Counted from the first letter of the stretch, positions 46,353-62,758 are shown. The stretch is 64,000 nt of DNA from Eledone cirrhosa (GCA_964016885.1 OZ024765.1:2294001-2358000); one strand, 5' to 3'. Notes: a model not told the origin generated them from the sequence alone. Numbers and translations are program-made.

Positions 46353-49300
46353 CCATCAACACTACAACCATTACCTCCACCGCCACCACTAGCAACAACA
46401 CCACCACCACCACCATCAACACTACAACCATTACCTCCACCGCCACCACTAACAACACGACCACCACCACCACCATCAACACTACAACCATTACCTCCAC
46501 CGCCACCACCACCACCATAAACACTACAACCATTACCTCCACCGCCACCACTAACAACAACACCACAACCATCAACACTACAACCATTACCTCCACCGCC
46601 ACCACCACCACCATCAACACTACAACCATTACCTCCACCGCCACCACAACCATCAACACTACAACCATTACCTCCACCGCCACCACCACCACCATCAACA
46701 CTACAACCATTACCTCCACCGCCACCACTAACAACAACACCACCATCAACACTACAACCATTACCTCCACCGGCACCACTAACAACAACAACACCACCAC
46801 CACAACCATCAACACTACAACCATTACCTCCACCGCCACCACCACCACCATCAACACTACAACCATTACCTCCACCGCCACCACTAACAACAACAACACC
46901 ACCACCACCACCATCAACACTACAACCATTACCTCCACCGCCACCACTAACAACAACAACACCACCACCACCACCATCAACACTACAACCATTACCCCCA
47001 CCGCCACCACTAACAACAACAACAACAACAACACCACCATCAACACTACAACCATTACCCCCACCGCCACCACTAACAACAACAACACCACCACCACCAC
47101 CATCAACACTACAACCATTACCTCCACCGCCACCACTAACAACAACAACACCACCACCACCACCATCAACACTACAACCATTACCTCCACCGCCACCACT
47201 AACAACAACAACACCACCACCACCACCACCATCAACACTACAACCATTACCTCCACCGCCACCACTAACAACAACAACACCACCACCACCACCACCATCA
47301 ACACTACAACCATTACCTCCACCGCCACCACTAACAACAACAACACCACCACCACCACCACCATCAACACTACAACCATTACCTCCACCGCCACCACTAA
47401 CAACAACAACACCACCACCACCACCACCATCAACACTACAACCATTACCCCCACCGCCACCACTAACAACAACAACAACAACAACACCACCATCAACACT
47501 ACAACCATTACCCCCACCGCCACCACTAACAACAACAACAACAACAACACCACCATCAACACTACAACCATTACCTCCACCGCCACCACTAACAACAACA
47601 ACACCACCACCACCACCATCAACACTACAACCATTACCCCCACCGCCACCACTAACAACAACAACAACAACAACACCACCATCAACACTACAACCATTAC
47701 CCCCACCGCCACCACTAACAACACCACCACCACCAACCATCAACACTACAACCATTACCCCCACCACCACCACTAACAACACCACCACCACCACCATCAA
47801 CACTACAACCATTACCCCCACCGCCACCACTAACAACACCACCACCACCACCATCAACACTACAACCATTACCCCCACCGCCACCACTAACAACAACAAC
47901 AACACCACCACCATCAACACTACAACCATTACCCCCACCGCCACCACTAACAACAACAACAACAACAACACCACCATCAACACTACAACCATTACCCCCA
48001 CCGCCACCACTAACAACAACAACAACACCACCACCATCAACACTACAACCATTACCCCCACCGCCCACCACTAACAACAACACCACCACCACCACCACCA
48101 TCAACACTACAACCATTACCCCCACCGCCACCACTAACAACAACAACAACAACAACACCACCATCAACACTACAACCATTACCCCCACCGCCACCACTAA
48201 CAACAACAACAACACCACCACCATCAACACTACAACCATTACCTCCACCGCCACCACTAACAACAACAACAACCAACAACACCACCATCAACACTACAAC
48301 CATTACCCCCACCGCCACCACTAACAACAACAACACCACCACCACCACCATCAACACTACAACCATTACCTCCACCGCCACCACTAACAACAACAACAAC
48401 AACAACACCACCATCAACACTACAACCATTACCCCCACCGCCACCACTAACAACAACAACAACACCACCACCATCAACACTACAACCATTACCTCCACCG
48501 CCACCACTAACAACAACAACACCACCACCACCACCATCAACACTACAACCATTACCTCCACCGCCACCACTAACAACAACAACAACAACAACACCACCAT
48601 CAACACTACAACCATTACCTCCACCGCCACCACTAACAACAACAACACCACCACACCACCATCAACACTACAACCATTACCTCCACCGCCACCACTAACA
48701 ACACCACCACCACCACCACCATCAACACTAACAACCATTACCCCCACCGCCACCACTAACAACAACAACACCACCCACCACCACCATCAACACTACAACC
48801 ATTACCTCCACCGCCACCACTAACAACACCACCACCACCACCCATCAACACTACAACCATTACCCCCACCGCCACCACTAACAACAACAACACCACCACC
48901 ACCACCATCAACACTACAACCATTACCTCCACCGCCACCACTAACAACACCACCACCACCACCATCAACACTACAACCATTACCTCCACCGCCACCACTA
49001 ACAACACCACCACCACCACCATCAACACTACAACCATTACCTCCACCGCCACCACTAACAACAACACCACCACCACCACCACCATCAACACTACAACCAT
49101 TACCTCCACCGCCACCACTAACAACAACAACAACAACACCACCACCATCAACACTACAACCATTACCTCCACTGCCACCACTAACAACAACAACACCACC
49201 ACCACCATCAACACTACAACCATTACCTCCACCGCCACCACTAACAACACCACCACCACCACCACCATCAACACTACAACCATTACCCCCACCGCCACCA

Positions 49301-51322
49301 CTAACAACATCAACAACCACCACCACCACCAATCAACACTACAACCATTACCTCCCACTGCCCACCACTAACAACACCACCACCACCACCATCAACACTA
49401 CAACCATTTACCCCACCGCCACCATAACAACAACAACACCACCACCACCACCATCAACACTACAACCATTACCTCCACCGCCACCACTAACAACACCACC
49501 ACCACCACCATCAACACTACAACCATTACCTCCACCGCCACCACTAACAACACCACCACCACCACCATCAACACTAACAACCATTACCTCCACCGCCACC
49601 ACTAACAACAACACCACCACCACCACCACCATCAACACTACAACCATTACCTCCACCGCCACCACTAACAACAACAACAACAACACCACCACCATCAACA
49701 CTACAACCATTACCTCCACCGCCACCACTAACAACACCACCACCACCACCATCAACACTACAACCATTACCTCCAACCGCCACCACTAACAACAACCACC
49801 ACCACCACCCCAACCCCAACAACACCACACCACCATCAACACTACACCTTACCTCACCCCGCCACCACTAACAACAACAACACCACACCACCACCATCAA
49901 CACTACAACCATTACCTCCACCGCCACCACTAACAACAACAACAACACCACCACCACCATCAACACTACAACCATTACCTCCACCGCCACCACTAACAAC
50001 AACACCACCACCACCACCATCAACACTACAACCATTACCTCCACTGCCACCACTAACAAACAACAACACCACCACCACCATCAACACTACAAACCATTAC
50101 CTCCACCTGCCCACCACTAACAACAACAACACCACCACCACCCATCAAACACTACAACCATTACCTCCACCGCCACCACTAACAACAACAACACCACCAC
50201 CACCACCATCAACACTACAACCATTACCTCCACCGCCACCACTAACAACAACAACACCACCACCACCACCATCAACACTACAACCATTACCTCCACCGCC
50301 ACCACTAACAAACAACAACAACAACACCACCACCATCCATCAACACTACAACCATTACCTCCACCGCCACCACTAACAACAACAAACACCACCACCACCA
50401 CCATCAACACTACAACCATTACCTCCACCGCCACCACTAACAACAACAACACACCACCACCACCATCAACACTACAACCATTACCTCCACCGCCACCACT
50501 AACAACAACAACAACACCACCACCACCACCATCAACACTACAACCATTACCTCCACCGCCACCACTAACAACAACAACACCACCACCACCACCATCAACA
50601 CTACAACCATTACCTCCACCGCCACCACTAACAACAACAACAACACCACCACCACCACCATCAACACTACAACCATTACCTCCACCGCCACCACTAACAA
50701 CAACAACACCACCACCACCACCATCAACACTACAACCATTACCTCCACCGCCACCACTAACACAACAACAACACCACCACCACCCACCATCAACACTACA
50801 ACCATTACCTCCACCGCCACCACTAACAACAACAACAACCCACCAACCACCACCATCAACACTACAACCATTACCTCCACCGCCACCACTAACAACAACA
50901 ACACACCACCACCACCACCATCAAACACTACAACCATTACCTCCACCGCACCCACTAACAACAACAACAACCACCACCACCACCATCAACACTACAACCA
51001 TTACCTCCACCGCCACCACTAACAACAACAACAACACCACCACCACCATCAACACTACAACCATTACCTCCAACCCGCCACCACTAACAACAACAACACC
51101 ACCACCACCACCATCAACACTACAACCATTACCTCCACCGCCACCATAACAACAACAACAACACCACCACCACAAACCATCAACACTACAACCATTACCT
51201 CCACCGCCACCAACTAACAACAACAACAACAACAACAACACCACCACCACAACCATCAACACTACAACCATTACCTCCACCGCCACCACTATCAACAACA
51301 ACAAACACCACAACCACAACCA
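46353..51322. repeat. ~5-kb ACC/AAC-rich minisatellite (ACCATCAACACTACAACCATTACCTCCACCGCCACCACT(AAC)n(ACC)n)
   Basis: Constant ~39-bp core with variable triplet spacers. Ends at the gap. Confidence 0.95.
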
Positions 51323-51522
51323 NNNNNNNNNNNNNNNNNNNNNNNNNNNNNNNNNNNNNNNNNNNNNNNNNNNNNNNNNNNNNNNNNNNNNNNNNNNNNN
51401 NNNNNNNNNNNNNNNNNNNNNNNNNNNNNNNNNNNNNNNNNNNNNNNNNNNNNNNNNNNNNNNNNNNNNNNNNNNNNNNNNNNNNNNNNNNNNNNNNNNN
51501 NNNNNNNNNNNNNNNNNNNNNN
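51323..51522. other. Assembly gap (200 N)
   Basis: Run of N. Confidence 1.
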
Positions 51523-51682
51523 AAAACATACGAAAAAAACGTCTCAATTGTATGAAGTCAGTGCTTTGAAGAATAACAAAAGTGTATATATATATATATA
51601 TATATACATATATATATAGCTGTGCACAATTTCCTCCTATGTTTTCTTCATTCAATTTCAAATATATACATATATATATATA

Positions 51683-51858
51683 TCCCGAGTAACCACAGTA
51701 AGTAAGGTACTCAATACATTAGTAGAGTATATATATTTAATATAGAAACTCCCGAATGAAACAGCTCTGGTTCCGTTGAAACCATTTCTATATTAAATAT
51801 ATATACTCTACTAATGTATTGAGTACCTTACTTACTGTGGTTACCCCCGATTGAACCC

Positions 51859-51895
<37 letters not shown>

Positions 51896-52056
51896 GAAAT
51901 GTAGAAATGTCTTCTATAGGACTACAACTGTTTCTTTTGAATGCAACTGTTGTAGTCATGTAGCTGCCATTTCTATAGTGAACATGATGTTTACACTCTA
52001 CTAATGTATTGAGTATTTTACTTACTGTGAATACCCGTAATTGAACCCGGGACTCA
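51683..52056. mobile_element. Two decayed family A fold-back copies
   Basis: Family A tail GTATTGAGTACCTTACTTACTGTGG in both orientations. Confidence 0.7.
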
Positions 52057-52346
52057 CATATTATAATCGTTGAAATGTCCGTGTTCTCCAGTAGACAAAT
52101 GAAGAGGGGACTGTCTCCCGTTTGTGCTTTCTTTTAATTTTTAAATACACTTTATCAAGTAACCACACAGCTCCAATATCTATCTATCTATCTATCTATC
52201 TATATATATATATATATATATATATCGGATCTAGCTGTCGAAACAGCCGTAGCTCAGCCGTCGGGGTCCTGACTCTTTTCCTATAAAGACATTTCTTTCC
52301 ATTTCCATCCCGCCTGTCCCCTCAATCTATTTTATTTCTCATTCTT

Positions 52347-52382
52347 TCTTCTGATGAAGGACTAGCGTCCGAAACGTCAAGA
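52347..52382 (+). ncRNA. Minimal hammerhead within family H element (52285-52470)
   Basis: TCTT-CTGATGA-A-GGAC-tagc-GTCC-GAAA-CG-TC-AAGA. Other copies at 19396-19431(+) and 54478-54513(-). Confidence 0.75.
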
Positions 52383-52466
52383 CTCTCTTCCTGCTATATA
52401 CAGCGTTAACCTAATATATTCCTTCCTTATACTGTACCGATTGTGTTGTTATTTCTGTTTACCTTT

Positions 52467-52501
<35 letters not shown>

Positions 52502-52513
52502 GTATATATATAC

Positions 52514-52556
<43 letters not shown>

Positions 52557-52570
52557 TATTTATATGTATA

Positions 52571-52603
<33 letters not shown>

Positions 52604-52973
52604 CGCGTAGAGTATAATTACTAAAGGAGGGATAAAGAGAGAGGGGGCGAGAGAGGGGAATATACAAGGTTAGAGAGAGGAAGAGATATAGAGTGAGAGA
52701 AATCAGTTTATGATATTTACTTTGTTACACGATTCTCTCGTATCTTGACTCACTTAGCGTTACTTTACAATGATTTATCGTTAAGTTCATACGCTTGAGT
52801 AGTTTTTACAGTGGATGTGTTAAAACATCTGAAGAGGTCGTCCTGTAATGAGGGATATTCTATCGTTATATGTTCCTTATGTAATTGTGAATGGTTTTGA
52901 GCCAGCGTATAAGTGAAACACGTGTAATGATACAAATGATTGTTCTTTCTCCCTTCTCTTTGTCTCTCCCCCC

Positions 52974-53021
<48 letters not shown>

Positions 53022-53096
53022 TTCGTATAAAAGACTAAGTGATCAATGTGTCATCATATTACGAGTGTATTAAGTCTGAGTGTGGTGTACACACTC

Positions 53097-53127
<31 letters not shown>

Positions 53128-53133
53128 AATATT

Positions 53134-53217
<84 letters not shown>

Positions 53218-53219
53218 TT

Positions 53220-53255
<36 letters not shown>

Positions 53256-54037
53256 TATATATATATATGTATATATATTATATATATATATACATGTGTG
53301 TGACTGAATGTGAAGATATTTGCAAATTTATCGCGATAGTTAAGTGCCATAGACTTCAAAACAAGTCTTGAAACATTTCTAACTTCAAAATGAAAAAAAA
53401 GCCCCTAAACTGATAAAATAAAATTAGAAAAAGAAAATAATAAAAGTATAAAAATAAAAAAAAAATATAAAAAATAAAAAAATAAAAAATACAAATAAAA
53501 TAATAAAAATTCATAAAAATACAACAACCACTAAATGACTTTCACCCCCCCCCCCCTCAAAAAATTATAATTTGAAAATAATTAAAATTATCAAGAATCA
53601 CAAAAGATTAATGATGTAATTAAAATATAAGGAAGGAAAAGAAAAAAAAATTGTTTATCAGATATACTAATGATAATTAATATAAGATTTAAGATTGAGA
53701 TGAAAAAAAATATATATATATATAGTTGAAGATAACGGTATAGTGAATGGTGAAATTAATAGCTGCCATATTGGTGATGGTTGTAGTAGTGGTGGTGGTG
53801 GTGGGGGAGGGGCTTTGAGGTGGTGATGGTGGTGGTGGTGAGGAGGAGGATAGTGAAGATGTAGATTGTTGATATTTTTGTTATTATTATTATTATTATT
53901 ATTATTGTTAATCGGAGAACGAAAAGTCAAATGACATCCCTCTACAACTACGCCGACACCCACGTATGTATATATATATATATATAAACACATATATATA
54001 TGTATATATACACGCACACACACACATATATATATAT

Positions 54038-54206
<169 letters not shown>

Positions 54207-54279
54207 AACAGACAACTTTGAAGAGAGTGTAAAGGCTATACAGAGCATTAACTGACAAGTTTTTGACAAAAAAAACAAA

Positions 54280-54318
<39 letters not shown>

Positions 54319-54542
54319 GTATCTATCTATCTATCTATATATCTATCTCCGTATATGCATATATATATATGTGTGTGTGTGTGTGTGAGTGTAAAAGGTA
54401 AACAGAAATAACAACACAACCGGTATAGTAGATGGAAGGAATATATTAGGTTAACGCTTGAAATACCAGGAAGAGGGTCTTAACGTTTCGGACGCTAGTC
54501 CTTCATCAGAGGAAAGAATGAGAAATCAGACAGATTGAAGGG

Positions 54543-54613
<71 letters not shown>

Positions 54614-55193
54614 CAGAGAGCGAGAAGGAGAGAGAGAGAGAGAGATGTGTGTGCGTATATTTATAGGTTACTTTCTAATGTATGCAAATATCTGTGTTCG
54701 TGTTAGTGTGTGTGTGTTAACGATTGTACATCTGTACCTCATCTACGCATGCGTGGGTGTACACAATTTGTCGTCTGCGTCTGGTAAAATGGCGACCGAC
54801 AAAATCAACAAATCGTTTGGCTTCGTTTTGTTCTGTGTGAAAAGGTCTCTTGTTGACAAAGTGTGACATTGAATATATAACATTGTTGACAGAGTGGTGG
54901 TGGTGGTTGTGGTGGTGGTGGTTGTGGTGGTTGTGGTGGTGGTTGTGGTAGTGCTGGTTGTGTGGGTGGTAGTGGTGGTGGTAGTGGTTGTGGTGGCGGT
55001 GGTAGTAATAGTGTAGTGGTTGTGGTGGTAGTGGTGATGTTGGTGTTGGTGATGTTGTTGTTTGTGGGGTATGTGTTGGCTGTGGTTGTGGTGGTGGTAG
55101 TGGTATTGCTGTTATTGGTTGTGGTGGTGGTGGTGGTGGTGGTGGCTGCGCTTATTGTGGTTGTTGAGGAAAATGGATGTTCGAGTTAATTTT

Positions 55194-55239
<46 letters not shown>

Positions 55240-55539
55240 CAAAGAAGGTGTGGTAAGAAACCAGCTAGACGATAACACAACTGAGTACTCGATACTTGAG
55301 GTAGTAGAGTGGGTAATATGAAAAGATTCGTGACCCCGACGGCTGAGCTCCTGCCGTTTCGACAGCTAGATCGGAACTAGGTTTGGCAAGTTGGCCATCA
55401 ACGATCAACGAAACGTACGTACCATATTTATGTTTAAACTCGGCCTATAGACTTGAGTTGCACTACACATTGGATTCATATTTACTTGTTACTACTACTA
55501 CTAGTGTGTATATATATATATGTATGTATATGAAATATG

Positions 55540-55583
<44 letters not shown>

Positions 55584-55586
<3 letters not shown>

Positions 55587-55789
55587 CGAAGGAAATGTGG
55601 TAAGGAACCAGGTGGACCATAACGCACCAAAGTACTCAATACTTGAGGTAGTAGAGTGGGTAATAGGAACCAGTAAGACCCCGACAGCTGAGCTCAAGCC
55701 GTTTCGACGGCTAATTCTGGACTGAATTCAGTCCAGAATTAGCCGTCGAAACGGCTTGAGCTCAGCTGTCGGGGTCTTACTGGTTCCTA
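55584..55789 (-). mobile_element. Family B fold-back element
   Basis: Perfect palindrome centred on GAATTC at ~55724-55729. Confidence 0.85.
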
Positions 55790-55799
55790 TATATATATA

Positions 55800-56142
<343 letters not shown>

Positions 56143-56337
56143 ATATATATTGGAGGACAAATTTTACGGGTGAAACAACAGCCAACGCCATCACCAGTGC
56201 CACCATTACCGACACCACCACCACCATATCTATCATGCCCCCGTTTACTTCCGTAACTTTTCACACCTTTTTACCTCCCCTTCCAATGTCCCTCATGTCT
56301 TTTTATTCATTCATTCAGCGAATCAGGTGTTAGATTG

Positions 56338-57580
56338 GTGGCGGTGTAGTGGTGGTGGAGGTGGTGTAGTGGTGGTGGTGGTGGTGTAGTGGTGGTGGAG
56401 GTGGTGTAGTGGTGGTGGAGGTGGTGTAGTGGTGGTGGAGGTGGTGTAGTGGTGGTGGTGGTGGTGTAGTGGTGGTGGAGGTGGTGTAGTGGTGGTGGAG
56501 GTGGTGTAGTGGTGGTGGAGGTGGTGTAGTGGTGGTGGTGTAGTGGTGGTGGAGGTGGTGTAGTGGTGGTGGAGGTGGTGTAGCGGTGGTGGTGGTGGTG
56601 TAGTGGTGGTGGAGGTGGTGTAGTGGTGGTGGAGGTGGTGTAGTGGTGGTGGAGGTGGTGTAGTGGTGGTGGTGGTGGTGTAGTGGTGGTGTTGACGGTG
56701 GTGTTGGTGATGGTGGTGTTGGTTAGGAGGGGTGGTGGTAGTGATGGTGTCTATAATGGTTTTGGTGGTGGTGGCGCTGGTGTCAGTAGGGGGTGAGTAG
56801 TGGTGCTGTCAGTAATGGTTGGGGTGGTGGTGGTGGTGGCGGCGGTAGGGGTGGCAGTGGTGGTGTGATGGTGTTGGTAGGGGCGGACATGGTGTTGGAG
56901 GTGGTGGTAGTGATGGTGATAGTGGCGGTGTCGTTAAGTATGGTGGTGGTGTCGGTAGCAGTGGAGAAGGTGGTGGAGAAGGTGGTATGTCATGAGCGTT
57001 ATATTTATTCATGTGACGGGGGTAATGGCGGTGTGTGGGCGGCTGTTGTAGTGCTTCATGGCGGTTGTGATGGTATAGCGATGGTAGTGGTGGTGGTTGT
57101 GGTGGTGGTGCGGACGGTGTGAATGTTATTCTTGTTGTTAATGTGAGGACGGCGGAGGGAATGGCGGTGCGGTGGTGCTGGTGGGGTGGGTGTTGTGATG
57201 GTATATCGATGGTCGTGGTGGTGGTTGTGCGGATGTGGGTGTGGTGGTGGTGGTGGTGGTGGTATGGTGTGAATGGTATTCTTGTTGGTGTGACGTCGGT
57301 GGTGCTAATGGTGGTGTGGTGGTGTTGGTGGTGTGGTGGTGTTGGTGGTGTGGTGGTGTTGGTGGTGTGGTGTTGGTGGTGTGGTGTGAATGGTATTCTT
57401 GTTGGTGTGACGTCGGTGGTGCTAATGGTGGTGTTGGTGGTGTGGTGGTGTGTTGGTGGTGGTGGGGTAGTGTGGTGTGGTGGTGTGTTGGTGTTGGTGT
57501 GGTAGTGTGGTGTGGTGGTGTGGTAGTGTGGTGTGGTGGTGTGGTAGTGTGGTGTGGTGGTGTGTTGGTGGTGGTGTGGT
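56338..57580. repeat. GGT-rich simple/minisatellite region
   Basis: 18-bp GTAGTGGTGGTGGAGGTG array followed by degenerate (GGT)n. Confidence 0.9.
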
Positions 57581-57693
57581 GTGAACATTATCGTTGTGTG
57601 ACGACAGAGAGTGTAATGCTATTGCCGCGCTGTTGTTCTTTTAATTACAATGGACTGAACAGGTGGAAGACAAGGAATATATACACACACACT

Positions 57694-57747
<54 letters not shown>

Positions 57748-57750
57748 GAT

Positions 57751-57844
<94 letters not shown>

Positions 57845-57932
57845 GTGTGTGTGTGTGTATCGATGTATATATATATATATATATATATATGCACATCAAT
57901 ACACACACACACATATATATATGTATATATAT

Positions 57933-57994
<62 letters not shown>

Positions 57995-58124
57995 TATATG
58001 TATATGTAAATATATACATATATATACATATATATATACATTCTATATATATATACATATATATATATGTATATATACATATATATATTTATATGTATAT
58101 ATACACACACACACATATATATAT

Positions 58125-58183
<59 letters not shown>

Positions 58184-58232
58184 AATATATGTACACAACA
58201 CAAAAAGAATTAATCGTATTCACAAATTTCTG

Positions 58233-58324
<92 letters not shown>

Positions 58325-58453
58325 TTTCGGCATGCACAGTGCTAATTAGCAAATTAATCCGCCACCATCCCCGTTATCACCACATGGTGGCGGTAGTGTA
58401 TAGATTTTCCTTTCAGCATTTAAATAAATGTTTTTCCTTCTCACCATTATTTT

Positions 58454-58516
<63 letters not shown>

Positions 58517-58714
58517 AATCTCTCTTTGTCGATCTCTCTCTCTCTTGCTTTTCTCTCTCTTGCTTTCTCCCTCTCTCTGGCTCTCTCAATATCTCTGTCT
58601 CTCTCTCTCTCTCTCTCTCTCGTTATCTCTTTCAGTTTCTCGCTCTTTCTCCCAATCTCTTTCTCTGTCTCAATCTATTTCTCTCTCTCAAACTTTATCT
58701 TTTTCTCTCAATCT

Positions 58715-58773
<59 letters not shown>

Positions 58774-59295
58774 CTCCCTCAATCTCTTTCAATTTCTCTC
58801 TCTCTCGCTCTTTCAATCTCTTTCTATCTCCCTCTTTCAATCTCTATCCATCTCTTTCTCGATCTCTACCTCTTTCTCTCAATCTCTATCTCTCTCTCTC
58901 TCTCTCAATCTCTCTCTAATTCTCTGTCTCTCTGAATCGCTTTCTCTCCTTCAATCTCTTTCAATTTCTCCCTCTCCCCCAATCTTGCTCCGACTCAATC
59001 TCCCTCAGACACACACGTACCATCTCTCTCTCTCCCTCAGACACACACCTACCATGTCTATCTCTCTCTCTCTCTCACGCACAAACTCAGACACAAACAA
59101 TTACCGTCTACCCCCCTCTCTCTATCTGTCTATGAAGCTATATTTCCATCTTCGATTATATAAATATATACCATAATTCCATTTATCTATATATTTATCA
59201 ATCTATTTCTATATCTATCTAATTATCGATATATTTGTATATTTATCTATCCTTAAAACCATCTATCTATCAATCTATCTATATCCCTGTATCAC

Positions 59296-59725
59296 CCTAT
59301 CGACGAGATTGAGAGGACTGAGGAGAGATGCCTTTCTCTCCGGACAACAATTGATTCCCTTCTTTAAGTATCACTTTAGAAGGAGAATCGGGGTGGAGAG
59401 AGAGGCACTGCACCCCAGTAAATTTACTGAAAGGTGGGTGAATGAAGCGAAAATGGCCCGAGTGATTGGGCCTTCTGTTTATAAGCCTGTAGGTTGGGGA
59501 AGAGAGCAAAAGGAAGAAAGGAGCACTTGCACAACACGCTCCTGGAGTTGAGGGTTGTTCTATCTACGGGGTATTAAACAACCCATTTGTGGCACCTCCT
59601 CCCTATTGGGGATTTCGATTGTTATAATTGTTTGTTTTTATATTTTTTACACGACTGTATGTAAAATCCCCGACATGTCTTTGTATTATCCCCTTTTCTT
59701 GTGCGCCCTTGTGGCAAATAAAGAA
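59296..59725 (+). mobile_element. L1/Tx1-like LINE 3' fragment
   Basis: FFKYHFRRRIGVEREALHPSKFTERW resembles Tx1/L1 ORF2 C-termini. 3' UTR ends in AATAAAG followed by (TCTA)n. Confidence 0.5.
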
Positions 59726-59757
<32 letters not shown>

Positions 59758-61048
59758 GTCTACCTGTCTAGCTATCTACCTAAGCACGTCTATCTGTCTA
59801 TCACTCTAGCTGTTCACGTCAATCTGCCTGTCTACCCATGTCTAGCTGTCTATCTATTGCTGTCTATATATCTATCCCACTATATATCACTGCCTATATG
59901 TCTATCAATGTATATCTAGTAAAGAAACTACCACCACCACCTCTACTACTACTACTACTACTACTACTAAATGTGTTACTTAATCATTTCGACAACACAT
60001 ACGAAAAATACAGCAACATATTTTCTTTATATGGTAGCTATATGGCGACGAAATAAACTTTTCACTCTGAAGATGGCCACACGCATGATGGAAAGCTTCC
60101 TATGCTATCGACGCAAATACTTGTGTTGTTGTTGATGGTGTTGTTGTTGGTAGTGATATTATTGGTGTTGATGGTGATAGTGGTGGTGTAGGTGGTATCA
60201 TTGTTGCTGTTGTTGGCGGTGGTGGTGGTGGTGGGGGCGGGGTTATGTTTTCGTTATTGCTGTCGCTGATGATGATGGAGTTGATAGTGGTGGTGACAGT
60301 GTTGTTGTTGTTGTTGTTTTTGGTGGTAGTGGTTGTGTTGGTAGGGGTGGTAGTGGTTATGATGTCGCTGATGTTGATGATGGTGATGATAGCGTTGATG
60401 GTGATGATGATGTTGACAGTGGTGGAGATGGTGTTGATAGTGATGATGGTGGTGATGATAGTGATGATGGTGGTGATGATAACGTTGATGGGGATGATGG
60501 CGTTGATAGTAATGATGGTGATGGTGTTGATAGGGGTGGTGGGTTTATGGTGTTGTTGTTGAAGATGATGATGATGTTTATAGCGATGATGGTGATGGTG
60601 GCGTTTATAGTGATGATGGTGATGGTGGCGTTTATAGTGATGATGGTGATGGTGGCGTTTATAGTGATGATGATAGTCATAACACTGATGGCAGTGGTTA
60701 TTATTATGTTATTATGGTGTCGTCGTTGTCGTTGTTGTTGTTGTTGTTGCTGCTGCTACTGCTGCTACTGCTTTCCTTCATTACAACACCAGCTGTGTGA
60801 AATCCGACATCAACAATGTACCAGAACCACTTGAGATGATGGGGAAATTCATGGCAGACCGGCATATTACTGACACAGAACTACAAGCTGGGGGTTTTCC
60901 AACACAAAGGGAGCGAGAGGGAAGAGGGAGGTGGGGAAAGGGAGGGAGGGGGGGAGCAGAAGAGGAGGAGGGGCGGAGGGACAAAGGGAGAGATACATAG
61001 ATATATATAGATGGATAGACGGATAGATAGGTAGGTAGGTAGATAGTT

Positions 61049-61111
<63 letters not shown>

Positions 61112-61271
61112 AGAGAGAGAGAGAGATAGATATATAGATAGATAGATATATAGATAGATATATATATAGATAGATAGGTAGATAGACAGTGAGCGAGACA
61201 CAGTAACACCAATATGCAACATCTATAGAATTATTACACAGACCAATTACAAAAAATTCGTTTATTGTACT

Positions 61272-61366
<95 letters not shown>

Positions 61367-61446
61367 ATAATAATAATAATAATAATGATATTGAGTAAAA
61401 TCGAAGTTGCAGCTAATGCACCATCTCTCGAAAGAACAATCCTTGG

Positions 61447-61524
<78 letters not shown>

Positions 61525-61607
61525 ATAGATAGATAGAGAGAGAAAGAGTGAGAAAGAAAGATAGATAGAGAGGAGAAAGAAAGAGAGAGAGAGAGAGAGA
61601 GAGGGGG

Positions 61608-61681
61608 AATCATTTAGCTCAATGGTTAGGGCGCTCATCCAGTATTTGAACGGTACGGAGGTTCGATTCTTCGTAGCGTCT
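61608..61681 (+). pseudogene. tRNA-like sequence (pseudogene or SINE head)
   Basis: A-box TAGCTCAATGG, D-stem GCTC/GGGC, T-arm ACGGAG-GTTCGATT-CTTCGT. Acceptor and anticodon stems pair poorly. Confidence 0.55.
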
Positions 61682-61742
61682 AAGGGCCACCAACTCCCCT
61701 CTATAAGAGGTATTTACTACCATTTTCTCAGCTATTATTTTC

Positions 61743-62145
61743 ACAAATCAGAGGCGGTGAATTGGCAGTATCAGTAGAGGGTTGGGCGCCATGCTTTATA
61801 GCATAGTTACGTCCCTTTGCAGTCTGAGTTCAAATCCCGTCGAGGTTAACTTTGCCTTTCATCCTTACGGGGTCGATAAAATAAAGTACCAGTAATGCAC
61901 GGGGTAATTGCTGGCCTTGTGCCAAAAGTAGAAACAATTATTTTCACAAATCAGAGGCGGTGAATTGGCAGTATCAGTAGAGGGTTGGGCGCCATGCTTT
62001 ATAGCATAGTTACGTCCCTTTGCAGTCTGAGTTCAAATCCCGTCGAGGTTAACTTTGCCTTTCATCCTTACGGGGTCGATAAAATAAAGTACCAGTAATG
62101 CACGGGGTAATTGCTGGCCTTGTGCCTAAAGTAGAAACAATTATT
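61743..62145 (+). mobile_element. Tandem pair of near-identical ~200-bp octopus-type tRNA-SINEs
   Basis: GGCGGTGAATTGGCAG (A-box-like)...GAGTTCAAATCCC (B-box)...GTAGAAACAATTATT, duplicated head-to-tail. Confidence 0.85.
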
Positions 62146-62399
62146 TACACAAATCGACTCTGGTTACAGTTATTTCTTGCGTATGGCACTTCTATATTTA
62201 CAAAAATTATATATACACAGGCTGGAGATAGAATGCGTAACAGCAAGGACTGTGCTCCAGCATGACCTCAGCCGGATGGCTGGAACAGGTAAAAAAGGTA
62301 AAAGAGTATGTATATGTGTGTGAGTGTGTGTGTGTGTGTTAAGTATTTCCGTAGAAGAAATAAAGGAAAGAACAGTGCTCTATGTGTAGTAGAGAGGTA

Positions 62400-62469
62400 T
62401 TTCATCTGATGAACGGGCCAGCCGTTTCTGTAAGGATCGTCTAGTTTCCTGAAACCTTTGGTAATGGAA
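62400..62469 (+). ncRNA. Hammerhead core within family I element (62340-62503)
   Basis: TTTCAT-CTGATGA-..-GAAA-CCtttGG-TA-ATGGAA. Relative at 42912-42850(-) with stem II GCGA/TCGT. Confidence 0.6.
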
Positions 62470-62500
62470 TAATTATATTGTGTTGTTTATTATGTAATTA

Positions 62501-62530
<30 letters not shown>

Positions 62531-62531
<1 letters not shown>

Positions 62532-62716
62532 GGAACGAGTAGGACCCCGACGGCTGAGCTCAATCCGTTTCGACGGTTAATTCTGGAATTAGCCGTCGAA
62601 ACGGCTTGAGCTCAGCCGTCGGGGTCTTACTTGTTCCTATTACCCACTCTACTACCCTAAGTATTGAGTACTTTGGTGCGTTATGGTTCACCTGGTTCCT
62701 TACCACATTTCCTTCG

Positions 62717-62718
<2 letters not shown>
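62531..62718 (+). mobile_element. Family B fold-back element
   Basis: GAAA-CGGCT-tgagctc-AGCCG-TC-GGGG at 62598-62624, with an inverted arm upstream. Confidence 0.8.

Positions 62719-62758
<40 letters not shown>

Noticed and set aside
46106-47776. Mucin-like Thr/Asn ORF
   Set aside because: Starts at a non-ATG codon, runs through a SINE, and is open on both strands. It is a minisatellite.
61608-61681. Functional tRNA gene
   Set aside because: Acceptor and anticodon stems do not pair properly and there is no clear terminator.
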